Assembly (NCBI RefSeq): GCF_964355755.1
Contig: NC_092670.1
Coordinates: 8,112,201-8,176,200, forward strand
DNA from: Antedon mediterranea
Lineage: Eukaryota; Animalia; Echinodermata
DNA: 64,000 nucleotides
Reading direction: 5' to 3'
Shown here: piece after piece, positions 41,653 to 54,500 of the stretch
Position numbering within the stretch: position 1 is the first letter of the stretch
How the letters are laid out: every line of letters begins with the position of its first letter
Position numbers and translations under genes: made by a program
Notes under the pieces: generated by a model
Databases searched by the model: none
Told to the model about the DNA's origin: nothing
The model's input: the letters and a program-made list of their open reading frames with translations, nothing else

Positions 41653-42561
41653 ATGGATAATAAGAAACGGGTTACTGAAGGAAATCAAAGTAGACGAAAA
41701 TCACCAGGGTCAAACACAGACAGGCCAACGGCAAAAACCAAACCAAGCGAATTAAAAAATCTTACATGCCTGTATACAAATTTAGATGTTTTATCGAACA
41801 AAAGAAACCTTTTCAGTTCATTGGTTGTGAAAGAAAACCCCCATCTTATTTTTGTTACTGAGACAAAGTTGGAAGAGAGTCACGATACAATTACTTATTT
41901 TGGTACTAATATTTATTTAGTTTATAGAAGAGATAGAATTCCAAGTGATGGAGGTGGTGGCGTCCTAATCCTGGTGCGCAAGGATATTGTTTCTGAAATT
42001 GTAATTGACGAAGTCTGGATTGATATAGAAGTGATAACTTGTCTATTGAAATATGGAGAGAAATCTGCTCTTATCGCTTGTGTCTACCGTAGCCCTAGCT
42101 CTCGAGGTGAATACAACCAGATGATCAGGGATACGCTGTTGAAATTTAATTCATACAAAACTGACCAGATTTTAATTTGCGGAGATTTCAATATTAAAGA
42201 TATAGACTGGGATACTCTTTCTACTAGACGCGGCGAATTGAGTGAACAGCAGAAACTTTTAGATGTAGTAAATGACTCGTTCTTGACGCAACATGTGACA
42301 CAATTTACACGTGTAAGAGGAGACGACGAGCCTTCATTACTTGATTTAATTTTTAGTAAACATGAACTTGATGTTGATATTTTACATTATGATGCTCCAG
42401 TCGGGAAAAGCGACCATGCCGTTATAATTTTTCATTTTGTATTAGATTGTTTTGTTGATCGAAGCGCAGAAGAATATACTAAATTTAATTTTTTTAAAGG
42501 TGATTTCACTACAATGAATGCCCAAATCTGTCCAAGAAATGTGGGACATTTTTCACAATAA
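41653..42561 (+). CDS. LINE ORF2 apurinic-like endonuclease portion
   Basis: Motifs YTN, VTET, GGGV, VYRSP, GDFN, LDLIF, SDH. Confidence 0.9.
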   Translation: MDNKKRVTEGNQSRRKSPGSNTDRPTAKTKPSELKNLTCLYTNLDVLSNKRNLFSSLVVKENPHLIFVTETKLEESHDTITYFGTNIYLVYRRDRIPSDGGGGVLILVRKDIVSEIVIDEVWIDIEVITCLLKYGEKSALIACVYRSPSSRGEYNQMIRDTLLKFNSYKTDQILICGDFNIKDIDWDTLSTRRGELSEQQKLLDVVNDSFLTQHVTQFTRVRGDDEPSLLDLIFSKHELDVDILHYDAPVGKSDHAVIIFHFVLDCFVDRSAEEYTKFNFFKGDFTTMNAQICPRNVGHFSQ

Positions 42562-44434
42562 GATTAACTTTTTGATTTCTGATTGTGTTCCAAAAAACAT
42601 TGTAAACACAAATCTCCGCCCAAGTAAACAGAAATGGATGACAAAATTCGCACTAAATAAAGTTCAAATGAAGGAGGATGCATGGCAACGTTACAGACGT
42701 CATAGGTCTAACAAAAGACATAAATATTACTGTAAGGCCAGAAATGATGCTACTTCGGCAGTAAGAATGGCTAAAGCTTATTTCGAGAAGGATGTCGCAC
42801 TAAATGCTAAGAGAAATCCGAGGGCATTTTATAGCTATGTTCGTAGTCAAACTTCAATTAAGGAAGGGGTATCCAAACTAAAAAAACAGGATGGATCTTT
42901 TTCTTCCACCAATCAGGAAGCAAGTGAAATAATGAACGAGGCCTTCCAAAAAGTATTTACAGTAGAAGATAATCGTAATATTCCAAACATGGCTTCTGTT
43001 TTTCATGGACATCCTTTGACCAATGTGGACTTTACACTTGATGATGTTAAAATGCATATTAAAAATCTTCGTGATTCATCATCCCCTGGACCTGATGGCA
43101 TCCACCCTAAAGTGTTGATTGAATGTTGTGACCACATATCCCCTCCACTGTTATTACTGTTCAGAAAGTCGTTAGCAACAGGTGAAATACCAGCTGCCTG
43201 GAAAGACGCAACCATTACACCAATTTTCAAAAATGGCAGCAAGTCTGATCCTCTAAATTACCGCCCTGTTAGTTTAACTTCAGTTATCTGCAAGGTTTTA
43301 GAAAAAATCATAACTAACACAATTATGATCCATCTCGAAACTAAAAATACACTCACCAAACATCAACATGGTTTTCGTACTAATCGTTCTTGTTTAACAC
43401 AATTGCTTGAATTTTTCCGCGATGTAGAAAATGCTCTCGCCGACAGACATCCCGTTGATGTTATATACTTGGACTGCCGTAAGGCCTTCGACACAGTTCC
43501 GCACATTAGGCTGAAAATTAAATTGCGAGCTTATGGCATTCAAGGTAATATTCTAAGTTGGATAAGTGGATTTTTAGAAAATAGACGTCAATGTGTTTCA
43601 ATCAAAGGTTCGGTTTCAAGTTGGTTACCTGTGTTCAGTGGCGTGCCTCAAGGCACAGTTATTGGTCCGGCTTTATTTTTAGTCTACATCAACGATCTAC
43701 TTGATAATATTGAATCAGATGGTAAACTATTTGCAGACGATGCTAAGATTTATCGTAAGATTGATTCAGTTAACGACCGAGATGCCCTGCAGAATGATTT
43801 GAGTAAACTTGAGCAGTGGAGTAAGAAGTGGCTACTGGAGTTTAGTAAATCTAAATGTAAAGTAATGCACATTGGAAATCGAAATCCAAAACACACTTAT
43901 TCAATTGATGGTACAGTTCTTGATACAACCTCTGCTGAGAAAGACCTCGGAGTCTATGTAACGTCTGACTTTAAAGTGTCGACACAAGTTTCTAAAGTTG
44001 CAGCCAAAGCCAATTCAATTGTAGGCCGAATACGGAAATCCTTTACATATATGGATAAACAGATGTTCATGTCGCTTTATACTTCTCTTGTGCGTCCGGT
44101 TATGGAGTATGCAGTTCAAGCCTGGTCACCATATCTACAACAAGACATCAATAAACTTGAGAAAATCCAACAACGAGCAACAAAACTTGTACCAGAACTC
44201 AGAAACTTGCCCTATGAAGAGCGCAGGATACAGCTAAGTTTACCAACTTTACTGGAAAGAAGGGAACGCGGAGACCTCATCGAAGTTTTTAAATTTTTGA
44301 ATGGTTACGAAAATATAAATCGCCACTCCTTTTTTAAATTAGCATCTGAAGTTGGTCCAAATATCACTCGAGGCTCAACTTTTAAATTAAAGAAACCTAG
44401 ATGGAACTCAACTAAACGGAATAATTTTTTTTGA
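42518..44434 (+). CDS. LINE ORF2 reverse transcriptase portion (frameshifted from the endonuclease)
   Basis: PGPDGI, NYRPVSLTS, QHGF, KAFD, GVPQG, FADD, KDLGV; a poly-T slip at about 44430 hides the true end (RVINKWNSLP...FKNKLD). Confidence 0.95.
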   Translation: MPKSVQEMWDIFHNKINFLISDCVPKNIVNTNLRPSKQKWMTKFALNKVQMKEDAWQRYRRHRSNKRHKYYCKARNDATSAVRMAKAYFEKDVALNAKRNPRAFYSYVRSQTSIKEGVSKLKKQDGSFSSTNQEASEIMNEAFQKVFTVEDNRNIPNMASVFHGHPLTNVDFTLDDVKMHIKNLRDSSSPGPDGIHPKVLIECCDHISPPLLLLFRKSLATGEIPAAWKDATITPIFKNGSKSDPLNYRPVSLTSVICKVLEKIITNTIMIHLETKNTLTKHQHGFRTNRSCLTQLLEFFRDVENALADRHPVDVIYLDCRKAFDTVPHIRLKIKLRAYGIQGNILSWISGFLENRRQCVSIKGSVSSWLPVFSGVPQGTVIGPALFLVYINDLLDNIESDGKLFADDAKIYRKIDSVNDRDALQNDLSKLEQWSKKWLLEFSKSKCKVMHIGNRNPKHTYSIDGTVLDTTSAEKDLGVYVTSDFKVSTQVSKVAAKANSIVGRIRKSFTYMDKQMFMSLYTSLVRPVMEYAVQAWSPYLQQDINKLEKIQQRATKLVPELRNLPYEERRIQLSLPTLLERRERGDLIEVFKFLNGYENINRHSFFKLASEVGPNITRGSTFKLKKPRWNSTKRNNFF

Positions 44435-45271
44435 TACTAGAGTAATTAACAAGTGGAACTCGCTGCCCGAATCTGTTGTCAATAGCAAGAGTGTAAATTC
44501 ATTCAAAAACAAGCTTGACAAATACACACACATACACACATATGAGAGAAGAGGCTCCCTACGAGTTTAAAAAAAACTCATTGCCTCTTAACTTTACTAA
44601 AGGTAAGAATTACTAAAGGTAGGTTGAATGATTTTGGATTCTAGCTGATTTGATTGTTGGATGCGAATCACCCGCAGCGGAATGTTTTCTCTCTCGCGCG
44701 TGTACCATGAATCTCTCTGATCGTTAACTATACCTATGGTTAGAGCAATGAATTTGCCCGAATTCCGTTAAGTAAACAACTTCATATATTTATAAGCATT
44801 TAATAACATGTTTTATTGATATTTCCAATGGTGATATATAAAATAAATTACTAAAAAACGTAATTTTATATGTAATTATTTTAACCAAAAATGGCGTTAG
44901 AATTGTCGACTGAGGCCGCAAATTGTTTTACTTCTTTGCTTTCGTGGCTAAAAACGATCATTTTCGGCGATGTTTTAGACCCTATATTTCGAAAACTACA
45001 AGTCAGATATTCCTAATTCTTTCTTATTGCAATATTAATACAACATACTAACAGATAATGTTGGTTTGGTTTTAATTTTGCATCGTTATCCATATAAGAC
45101 AATATGACTATGCAATTCTAGAACATACAGTATATTGATCAGGTGTATGTAGGCCTACAGATAATGACTCCAATGTTGTCGGCAAATTTGCAATTTCCGC
45201 CACCCCCCACCCCCTCCCCCCCCCCCCCCCAAATTCAAAATCATGGATACGCCACTGGTAAAGATATAGCT

Positions 45272-45925
45272 GGCTCCTACAAAACGAAAATTATTATGAA
45301 CAGAATAAATTATTCAAATGAAGAAACTCTTTGAATCCTACTATAATTTCATTTAAATCTACTACTAGTAGTATTCGGTCATGGAGGTATAAAAATAGTA
45401 AGTATTTTTATACCTCCATGATTCGGTTGACGTTCATTAATTATTCCATTGACGCCTCATGTTTGCAATATATAATAGTAGGCCTATGCTCTTTTGGTTG
45501 AGGACACACACCACGCCATACGACACGACACGTGGTTGGAGGAAAATAGTAGAGACACATGTGACATACATTTCAACGGGTTGATTTCACCAAAGATAGT
45601 GTTTGATTTCACTGTAAAGATATGTAGGCCTACTGTACTTACAATACTAATGATTGATGAATATTTAAGTTAAGGTAGCTAGTTACTATACCGTACTTCT
45701 AGGTAGGCCTCCTAGGCATGTTATTTCATGAAGTGATATTACTCAATGGTTAATTAATTTACTACCTAGCAGCTAGAATTTTGCTAGTATAGTATTTAAC
45801 ATGATAACCGATCAGTGCTACTGTACAGTTAGGTCGCGATTCAAATCGGTCGTGGTGTTACGTATTCGGTCGCTGCACCGCTCGACTTTTAGTTTCAGGA
45901 AAATATAGCCTATCTATGGCTATTA
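45272..45925 (+). promoter_or_regulatory. Conserved upstream block, copy 3 (least interrupted; no ZNF exon follows directly)
   Basis: Homologous to the other three copies. Confidence 0.5.
45380..45420. mobile_element. 41-bp P-like remnant (putative excision footprint)
   Basis: catggaggtataaaaata-gtaag-tatttttatacctccatg flanked by 7-bp TSD ATTCGGT; empty sites at 23828 and 48474. Confidence 0.8.
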
Positions 45926-46089
45926 GTCCATGGGCTGGAGGGAATTACCGTGCACCCCCCACACAGTTAAACTTCTTTGGTATCGTTTTCTTCCCACGGA
46001 CATATAGAGTGAAAAAATCGATGTTAACAAGAAAAATATAGGGACGCATTGTATGTACTTGCGTCATTTGTAATGATCATCAGTGTTTT

Positions 46090-48160
46090 ATCTTCAAAAT
46101 ATTTTTGGGGGTTGGGGGTAACATTTATCCTAATAACCCAAGAATGCAACATCTAATTAGTATTATCTTAGTAACATTGTGTAGCATACATCTTTTAAAA
46201 TCTTAAAATTTAAATAAAATTAATCGGAAAATTATTAAAGTCAGTAGAGGTCAAAAGGTCATTGACCTTTTGCAAAATGCAAATTTTTCCCAAAATATAG
46301 ATAAATTTTAATATCGTATCTACAATTTTCAATATTTTTTATCTTAATTGTGTTTTACTTGTGCTTACTGACATATTGAATAAGAAAATATATGTTAACA
46401 AGATAAAAATTGCAGTTCATTATATACAAATTGTTATTTTTTATTGTTAAAAATTGCAATAAAAATACATTTTTGGGGGTGGGGGTAACATTAATAGCAA
46501 TAACCCAAGAATCAAACATCTAATTAGTATGATCTTGGTGTCGTTGTGTAGCATTCATGTTTTTTAATCATATAAAATTTGAATAAAATTAATCGAACCA
46601 TTTTTAAGGTCAGTAGAGGTCAAAAGGTCACTGACCTTTTGCAAAATTTCGAATATTTGCCATAATGAAATACATTTCAATATCAAATCTCCAATTTTTA
46701 ATATTTTTTATTTTAATTGTGTTTTACTTGTGTTTACTGACATATTGAATAACAAAATATGTGTTAACATGAAAAAAATTGCACTGCATTAATACCATTG
46801 TCATGTAATTTTGTTATTCTTCAAAATTACAATAAAAAAACATTTTTGGGGTAGGGGGTAACATTTATCCTAATAACCCAAGAATCCAACACCTAATTAG
46901 TATTATCTTGGTACCATTGTGTAGCATACATCTTTTAAAATCTTATAAAATTTAAATAAATTTAATCGGACGATTAGTAGGGTCAGTAGAGGTCAAAAGG
47001 TCATTGACCTTTTTACTAAAATGCACATTTTTGCCAAAATATAGATACATTTCAACATAGTATCTACAATTTTCAATATGTTTTATCTTAATTGTGTTTT
47101 ACTTGTGCTTTCTTAAATATTGAATAAGAAATTATATGTTAACAAGATTAAAATTGCAGTTCATTATACATAAATTATCATTTTTTATTGTTAAAAATTG
47201 CAATAAAAATACATTTTTTGGGGTAGGGTGGAACATTAATAGCAATAACCCAAGAATCAAACATCTAATCATATAGAATTTTAATAAAATTAATTGAACC
47301 ATGTTTAAGGTCAGTAGAGGTCAAAAGGTCACTGACCTTTTGCAAAATTGCAAATATTTGCCATAATGAGATACATTTCAATATCAAATCTCCAATTTTT
47401 TCAATACTTTTTATTTTAATTGTGTTTTACTTGTTTTTACGGACATTGAAAAACAAAATGTGTGTTAACATGAAATAAATTGCAGTGCATTAATACCATT
47501 ATCATGTAATTTTATTATTCTTCAAAATTGCAATAAAAAGACATTTTTGGGGTAGGGGTAGCATTAATACCAATAACCCAAGAATCTAACATCTAATTAG
47601 TACGATCTTGGTATTGATGCGTAGCCTATATATTTTTGTAATCATGTAGAATTTAAATGAAATTAATCGACCGATTACTAAGGTCATTAGAGGTCAAAAG
47701 GTCACTGACCTTTTGCAAAAATGCAATTTTTTGGCAAAATGAGATATATTTCAAATCAGATCTCCAATTCTCGATATTTTTTTATTTGAATTGTCTTTTA
47801 CTTGTGCTTACTAACATATTGAATAAGAAAATGTCTGTTAAGATAAAAAAATTGCAGTACATTGTATAAAAATTGTCAATTATTAATTGTTAAAAATTGC
47901 AATAAAAAGACATTTTTGGGGTAGCGGGTAACATTTATAAGAATAACCCAAGTATCAAACATCTAATTTGTATGTTCTTAGTATCGTTGTGTAGAATTTC
48001 AAATAAAAATTATGCAGAATTTAAATAAAATTAAACAAAATGCTACACAACGATACCAAGAGCATACAAATTAGATGTTTGATTTTTGGGTTATTCTTCT
48101 ACTTATAAATGTTACCCGCTACCCCAAAAATGTCTTTTTATTGCAATTAAAAATTGACAA
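46090..48160. repeat. Satellite of about 365 bp, 5-6 diverged units, last segment inverted
   Basis: Recurring catttttggggtaggggtaacatt...aacccaagaatc at about 46101, 46468, 46841, 47212, 47542 and 47911; inverted at 48040-48160. Confidence 0.9.
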
Positions 48161-49681
48161 TTCGATGGCTGACGGCTATAGTGACAATGAATTAAGACAG
48201 ATCGCCAACTTGGTCGGTCTTCAGTAAGTTGATATATTATATGAGTAGGCCTAGGTTGTCCAATTTTTATTCTATCAAACCATCTTGACTTTGGTCGTCC
48301 TGGTCTCGAGCACTTTTCTATTTTTCCTTGCATTCTAGTAAAATTTTCGAAATAATATACTGTAGGCCTATATAGGCTCCTACAAAACGAAAATTATTAT
48401 GAACAGAATAAATTATTCAAATGAAGAAACTCTTTGAATCCTACTATAATTTCATTTAAAAACTACTAGTAGTATTCGGTTGACGTTGATTAATTCCTTT
48501 GATGCCTCATCATGTTTGCAAGATAAAATATGCCTCCCGGGATAGGCCTATATGCTCTTTTGGTTGAGGCAAAGAATATATCACAAGAATGAGTATTGCG
48601 CGATTTTTGCATGATAAATTTTTAACAGAGCTCCAGGAGAGTGATGCCCGCCCTCATAAGGGTGGATGTATACATACTAAATAAGACTTGATTTAATAGA
48701 TTATACATGTCACATTAAATAGAATTATAATATGATAATATATTTTGCAATTGTAAACTATTTTATGTTAGATTATGAGTAGCCATAATCTCGACTTGGA
48801 AGCAAACAACAACGGATAAAAATAAGATATAACTCAACAGTGTTACATGAGAACTTGAACTAACAGTTTATTCAGAACTTGTATTATATTATATATGTAC
48901 AGTACAATGAAATGTGATTGGTCAGTTAATAACCAGAAAAGAGGTGGGGCATTCCACCTATCATAGTACATCAGGTACTTATACACCTGTCATTAATAAA
49001 GGTACTAAATCAGATGTGTTTAGTATAACTTGACAACTGACCTCCACTAGGGTATAATTATTGACTGGTTCCCAGACTACAAGACTGGTATCACTGACAA
49101 CTTAATGGATCATATAAACAGGCTTATTATAAGTAGATGAGAGCCTATACTTCAACATTTTATAATACATATTTATTAACAAACTAGTGTACATTCACTT
49201 TTACAGACAATTATTTACTAACATGCTAAATTAGTTCACAAAAAAGGCCTAACACAGCAACACCAAAAATCAACGAATCGTTACTCAACACGGCCTATTC
49301 TTTACCATTGCCGCGTACTACTCTACGCCCGGTAAAGTAAGTATTGTTTTTATGATATAAATTAGTATAAAATACATGTTATTAACAGGATAAAATGTTA
49401 AATTTCATTAACATTTATTTGTTTTACCAGAAACAAGTTAAATATAGGAATATTATTAAACTATCCTTCGTGAAAACGCGTAAACACCAACACGCCCGGT
49501 CACGCTATCGTAGCGCCCGGTTGATAAAGCGAACTGTTTAATACGGCAGTTTTTACTAAATAAATTGCCTAAAACGAACAATTAAATATCCAAACAGCAT
49601 TTAACATGATGTTGGCATGTAGTTGATAACATTTTTTATGATGAAAATACTACCGGTGGTCCAGCCTTTGATTAGTGAAAC

Positions 49682-51329
49682 CAAAGATAGTGTAGTACTA
49701 TAGTAGGAAGATGTTACACTTCGCTCAAAAATTAGAGAACCGCTCGAGATAGGGTGCCTCTCACGACGAGTAGAAATAGACGAATCTGAAACATGAGGAG
49801 CGCAATGGCAAAGCCCAATGAAAATGGTGTTTTCGGCAATAAATTGTAGAAATAAGCTACAAAAAACAAACAAAAACTTCTTTTTTGTCTTTATTATACA
49901 AAGTTAAAAATTAATATGATGTTTTCATACTGTTTTTGGATCTTTTTAATTGTTAATACATTTATTTGGAGTGAGTTTTGTCATGACATGACTGTAAACA
50001 CTGAGCTAGGATCAGGAGGAGGCTTACGCGCGCCTGTAGACGCATTCATGAATGGATGCTGGTCATCTCGTACCCAAACCAACCCGTACCCAAACCAACC
50101 CGTACCCAAACCAACCCGTACCCAAACTCTTACCTATTGGTAAACCCCAGTTAAGTCTGAAGTCATATGCAAATTTTACAGTATACAGTATTGTTGTTGA
50201 CAAACAATATATGATTTATGAATAAATGATAGCAATTCTTCTACAATTTCTATAAAACTCTAGGGGTAGAATCTGTAAATTCATTTCTATAGAAATTTTC
50301 TGTTTCTATAGATTAACATAGAATTAAAAACTTCTATAGATAGAACATTTTTTGTAAGGGTAGTATAATGAAAGGGGGTAAAGTAGGCCTCCCCACGGAT
50401 ATTTTTTTCTTGATATAACCTTACCAATAATGAACTCATTGGCTTATAATTAATAGTATCAATAATGTTAGGCGTTACATAATCAGGGCATATACAATTA
50501 CGATGAATGCACGAAAGTTCGGAGTGTTACAAGCATAATATAAAAATTAGTTACAGTATTATTAAATTATTAAAATTAATAGATAATTAACAATAATTGG
50601 TTTTTTTTTCAGTAAAAAAACATACTCGTAGTCCTAAATTCCTATAATGTACAAGCCTACTGGTACCGTATTCAGTGTATGCAGATCGACTATTTGTATG
50701 ATATTATTGATTATAATAAATATTGATTGATTGATTGATTATTGATTACATGCCATAAACTACCTATTCTCTTTTATTACCCATTTAAATATCAACCATA
50801 CGTAATCGATTATTATATAGGCATACACATTGTAGGCCTATTTACCACTCTATAGGCTCCTAATATATTTATTCACTCTGATGAAGAAGTGTTTCTAAAG
50901 CTAGGTATTAAATTTTCTATCTCTGTCCAATGATAAACAATTAAATGTAAATAATTTTAAAAGGTTCAATTGATTTGCAAATAAAAACATTAAAATAAAA
51001 GAAATAAAATACGGGTAGATAAATTCCAGGTACCTAAACAATTCCAGGTAATTGAAACACACATTTGTATTTCAAAGCATGTAAATATGATTCATTTGCA
51101 CTTTCTATAAAGATAAAATTACATTTTATATGTTAATTCGTATTAAATCTTAATTTTACAATCATATTATTCTACTGTTATAATAGCCTATTTCCTATAC
51201 AATAACTTTCCGTATCCCTACTCGACGTGCGAAGCGCCCTTTAAATTTAGCTCCATGTTGATTGTTGTCTCGCTTTTATTTGCATTGAACGAATAGGAAG
51301 TGTAACATCTTCCTACTACACTATCTTTG
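49682..51329. mobile_element. P-like non-autonomous element
   Basis: TIR caaagatagtgtagta...ggaagatgttacacttc; 7-bp TSD GTGAAAC (49675-81, 51330-36). Confidence 0.85.
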
Positions 51330-51569
51330 GTGAAACCGTCACAAAAAGTTGTATACATCCCGGATACATCCTCACTTATGGCGGCGCCCTACTACGGGGC
51401 GCCGTTTGGGACATTGCTAATTTTGTCGAAATATTACAATTTGTCAATACAAAATTCATTTTGTATTGACAAAATTCATTTTTTGTTGACAAAATTTATT
51501 CTGTGTGGACAAAATTCATTTTGTCTCGACAAAATTAATTCTGTGTAAACAAAATTCATTCTGTGTAAA

Positions 51570-54500
51570 TGTCACGAACTCCTCTCACGTATGTTTCCGA
51601 GCGGTTGAAAATACTTTAGGAACTCCCTTGTGACATAAAAGTATACACACAAAATCCACAAAGTTGTAAAATAACTCAAAAACAAAGCTTTAATTTCAAT
51701 CAACTTCAACTTTCAACAATCCAGTAAGCACTTTAAACAACAGTTTCACAATAACTTTACAATATAATATCCAACCTCTAATCCAACCTCTAATCCAACA
51801 ACCTTCTTCAAAATAAATGCTTCAATCAAAATCCTTCTCCCACTTACAATTGTCATACTTCCCCTTATATACAATATGTTCATAACCTTCTAGATCATTC
51901 CTTATACTTCTCATTATTACATGATTACAGTTTCTATTAATAGGACTTCTGGATGTTCTTGATTGTTCTTATTAATTATACATGGTTTCTTAAATCAAAA
52001 CATCTAATTCTAGAATGTTCATGTAAATACTATGTTACTCTATATGTTAGGGAATGGTAATTTATTACACTCCCCCCTCTTTCTGAGCTCAAAACTCTTT
52101 CTTGGAGTTTTGAAGGGCAAGTATACACGAAAGTGGCAAAAGTTAACCCACTCCTATTCTATAAAACTTAAATACGCCATAATAACATACAACATAATCA
52201 TTAATAATTACTAATAATGAACCAACAATATTCATGTCAATTTGTCGGAATGGTTCACTAACTATTGGCATAGGAATCATCTGGGCCTTCAATTTAGTTT
52301 TATACTTTGAGGCTTTACAATACTCTGTCAACGAAATATCATGTGAAAATTTCAAAACACTATTACTGCAATGATATAAAACCACTAATTTCTCTATGGG
52401 TTCTGTCCGGTGCTTAGTGAAAACCTGCCTAAATAAAATTCCATCCTTACAGACTATCTTTATAATGTCATCATCTTTCTGTACTAACATCTGTTCTCGA
52501 AGTGAAATTAAAGTTCTATCCTTAACCTGATAATCCTTAATTTTATCTCTGCCAATATCTAAAATGTCTAATTCACTATCTTGGCTAGATTGAGCTTCCT
52601 TTGTTTTTGCAAACTCTTTCCTAACTTTTCGTTTCTCACTTCTGGTTTTATGAACTTTTTCCTTGGGAGGGTTGTTACTGAGTAGTTGGCCATCTAAATG
52701 TCCAAATTCTTCTTGAAAATTAACCACATCATCTAACTGATGTGAAATAACCCCAGAAGCTTTTTCCGACTTTAATTCGTTTTCCTCTCTTAGTTTTTCT
52801 TTTCTAGCATGATCTCTAGTGGCAACAAAACTATGCCTATCATGATTCTTATCCCTCTTCCCTAATAAGTCTCCAAATTTAGGAAAGTCCCTACCAAGAA
52901 TTACATCTCTTGGTAAATCGCTGCAAACGCCAACCAACAAATTATGGTCTTCGTTATTAATCTTAATATTGACGAATGCAGTAGGATAGGCTTGGACATG
53001 GTCATGGACGCACCTGAATGTAATTTTAGCTTGCTCCGCGCGATTAATTTTCTTAGCCGCTACTAAATCAGAATGAACAAGTGTCATATCACATCCAGAG
53101 TCTATCAAAATTTCACAATCACATCCTTCAACTAGGCCTCTACAAACGTAAGGTGTACATGGTTTTGAAACAGTATCTGTCTTTGTCGACAAAAAGCCAT
53201 CCTTACTTCGACAAAATCGTTCTATGTGGCCTACTTTTTTGCACCGTCTACAAACGAGAGGTTGTCTAGCGTCAGATTGTGATTTATGAAAGTTATCAGG
53301 GGGATTATTATTACCCTTACTGTCAACTTCAGGAGTGCCTTTTACTGTTTTCTCCTGGTTGTTTCTATTTTCGTGTTTTCTATTTTGAAACTTTTTCTCA
53401 AAATCGATACCTTTTCTAGCTTGAAAATAATTATCTGCTAATTCTGCAGCATTTAATCCAGAATCTGGTTTATGTTCTTTAACCCAAATTTGTACCCCTG
53501 TGGGCATAATATCTATCAATTGCTCTAAAATAACAATTTCAGCTAAATCATCTTTGCTTTTATCAGCAGGCCTAGCCCACTTAGTAAATAAGTCTTTCAA
53601 CCTAACATACATTTCTCTATAACTTTCTTCACTTTTCTTTTTAATTGACCTAAACCTTTGTCTATATGTCTCTTCAGTTATGTCATACCTTTGTAATATT
53701 GCTTTCTTCACTATGTCGTACTGGTTACTTTCTGTCACTGGTAGTGATGCATAGGCTGCTCTTGCTTTGCCTGTCAAATGTGGTATCAGTTTTACTACCC
53801 AGTGTTCTTTTCGCCACTCATAGGTGTTAGCAATTCGTTCAAACGTAGTGAGATAATTTTCAATATCATCACTATCAGAAAGTTTTGCAATCTGAACTTC
53901 CTTCAATCTCATTATGTCTTTTAATCGTTTCTCCTCACTGTCCTTTTGCTTATCCATTAACGCCATTACTAACGCTTGCTGTTTCTCCATATCTTCCCTA
54001 CGTAAACGTTCTTGTCTTTCCATATCTTCTTTGCGTAAACGTTCTTGTTTTTCCATATCTTCTTTGCGTAAACGTTCTTGTTGTTCCATCATCTGCTGCA
54101 TCATAAGATTCTGTTGTTGCATTTGCTGCTGCATTTGCTGCTGCATCAACAACAAAACATCTTTTGAAGATGAGTCAGCCCCTGTAGGGTTATGTCCACT
54201 GGTTGGTCCAGACTCTTCTGCCTGTTGTTCAGGTTGTACTGATTGAACTGATTCTACATCCGAATCAGTTTCATCGCCACCGCTGTATTCTCTACCGGAT
54301 CTTGTTGTTGATTGTTTATCAGCCATATTTTAAATCTGGATGAGGGTCTTGTTACTAGTTAATCGTAGTTACCGAGACGTTCACAAGTCTACTGTTCCAA
54401 ATAAATAATGTACTGTTCTTAAAACAATGTTTGTGTACTTACGATTAAACAAAACGTAGCACTGCGGCTTCCGTAAAATATCACAGTATCGTAAGTACCG

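Larger units (their letters stand above)
38779..41755 (+). pseudogene. LINE ORF1 (PHD plus coiled-coil/RRM-like), frameshifted and split
   Basis: PHD CDACEKWYHIKC...CISC; removing 39226-41133 rejoins ASIDLSL|NDVTRRV in frame; RKSNLIIQGLKE and KPRLLKVVF motifs. Confidence 0.85.
38629..44620 (+). mobile_element. Near full-length CR1-group LINE
   Basis: ORF1 with PHD finger, ORF2 with APE endonuclease and RT, short 3' UTR ending in a repeated ttactaaaggta. Confidence 0.92.

Noticed and set aside
53885-54246. Cys-rich plus-strand ORFs
   Set aside because: Antisense to the low-complexity Gln/Glu region of Gag.
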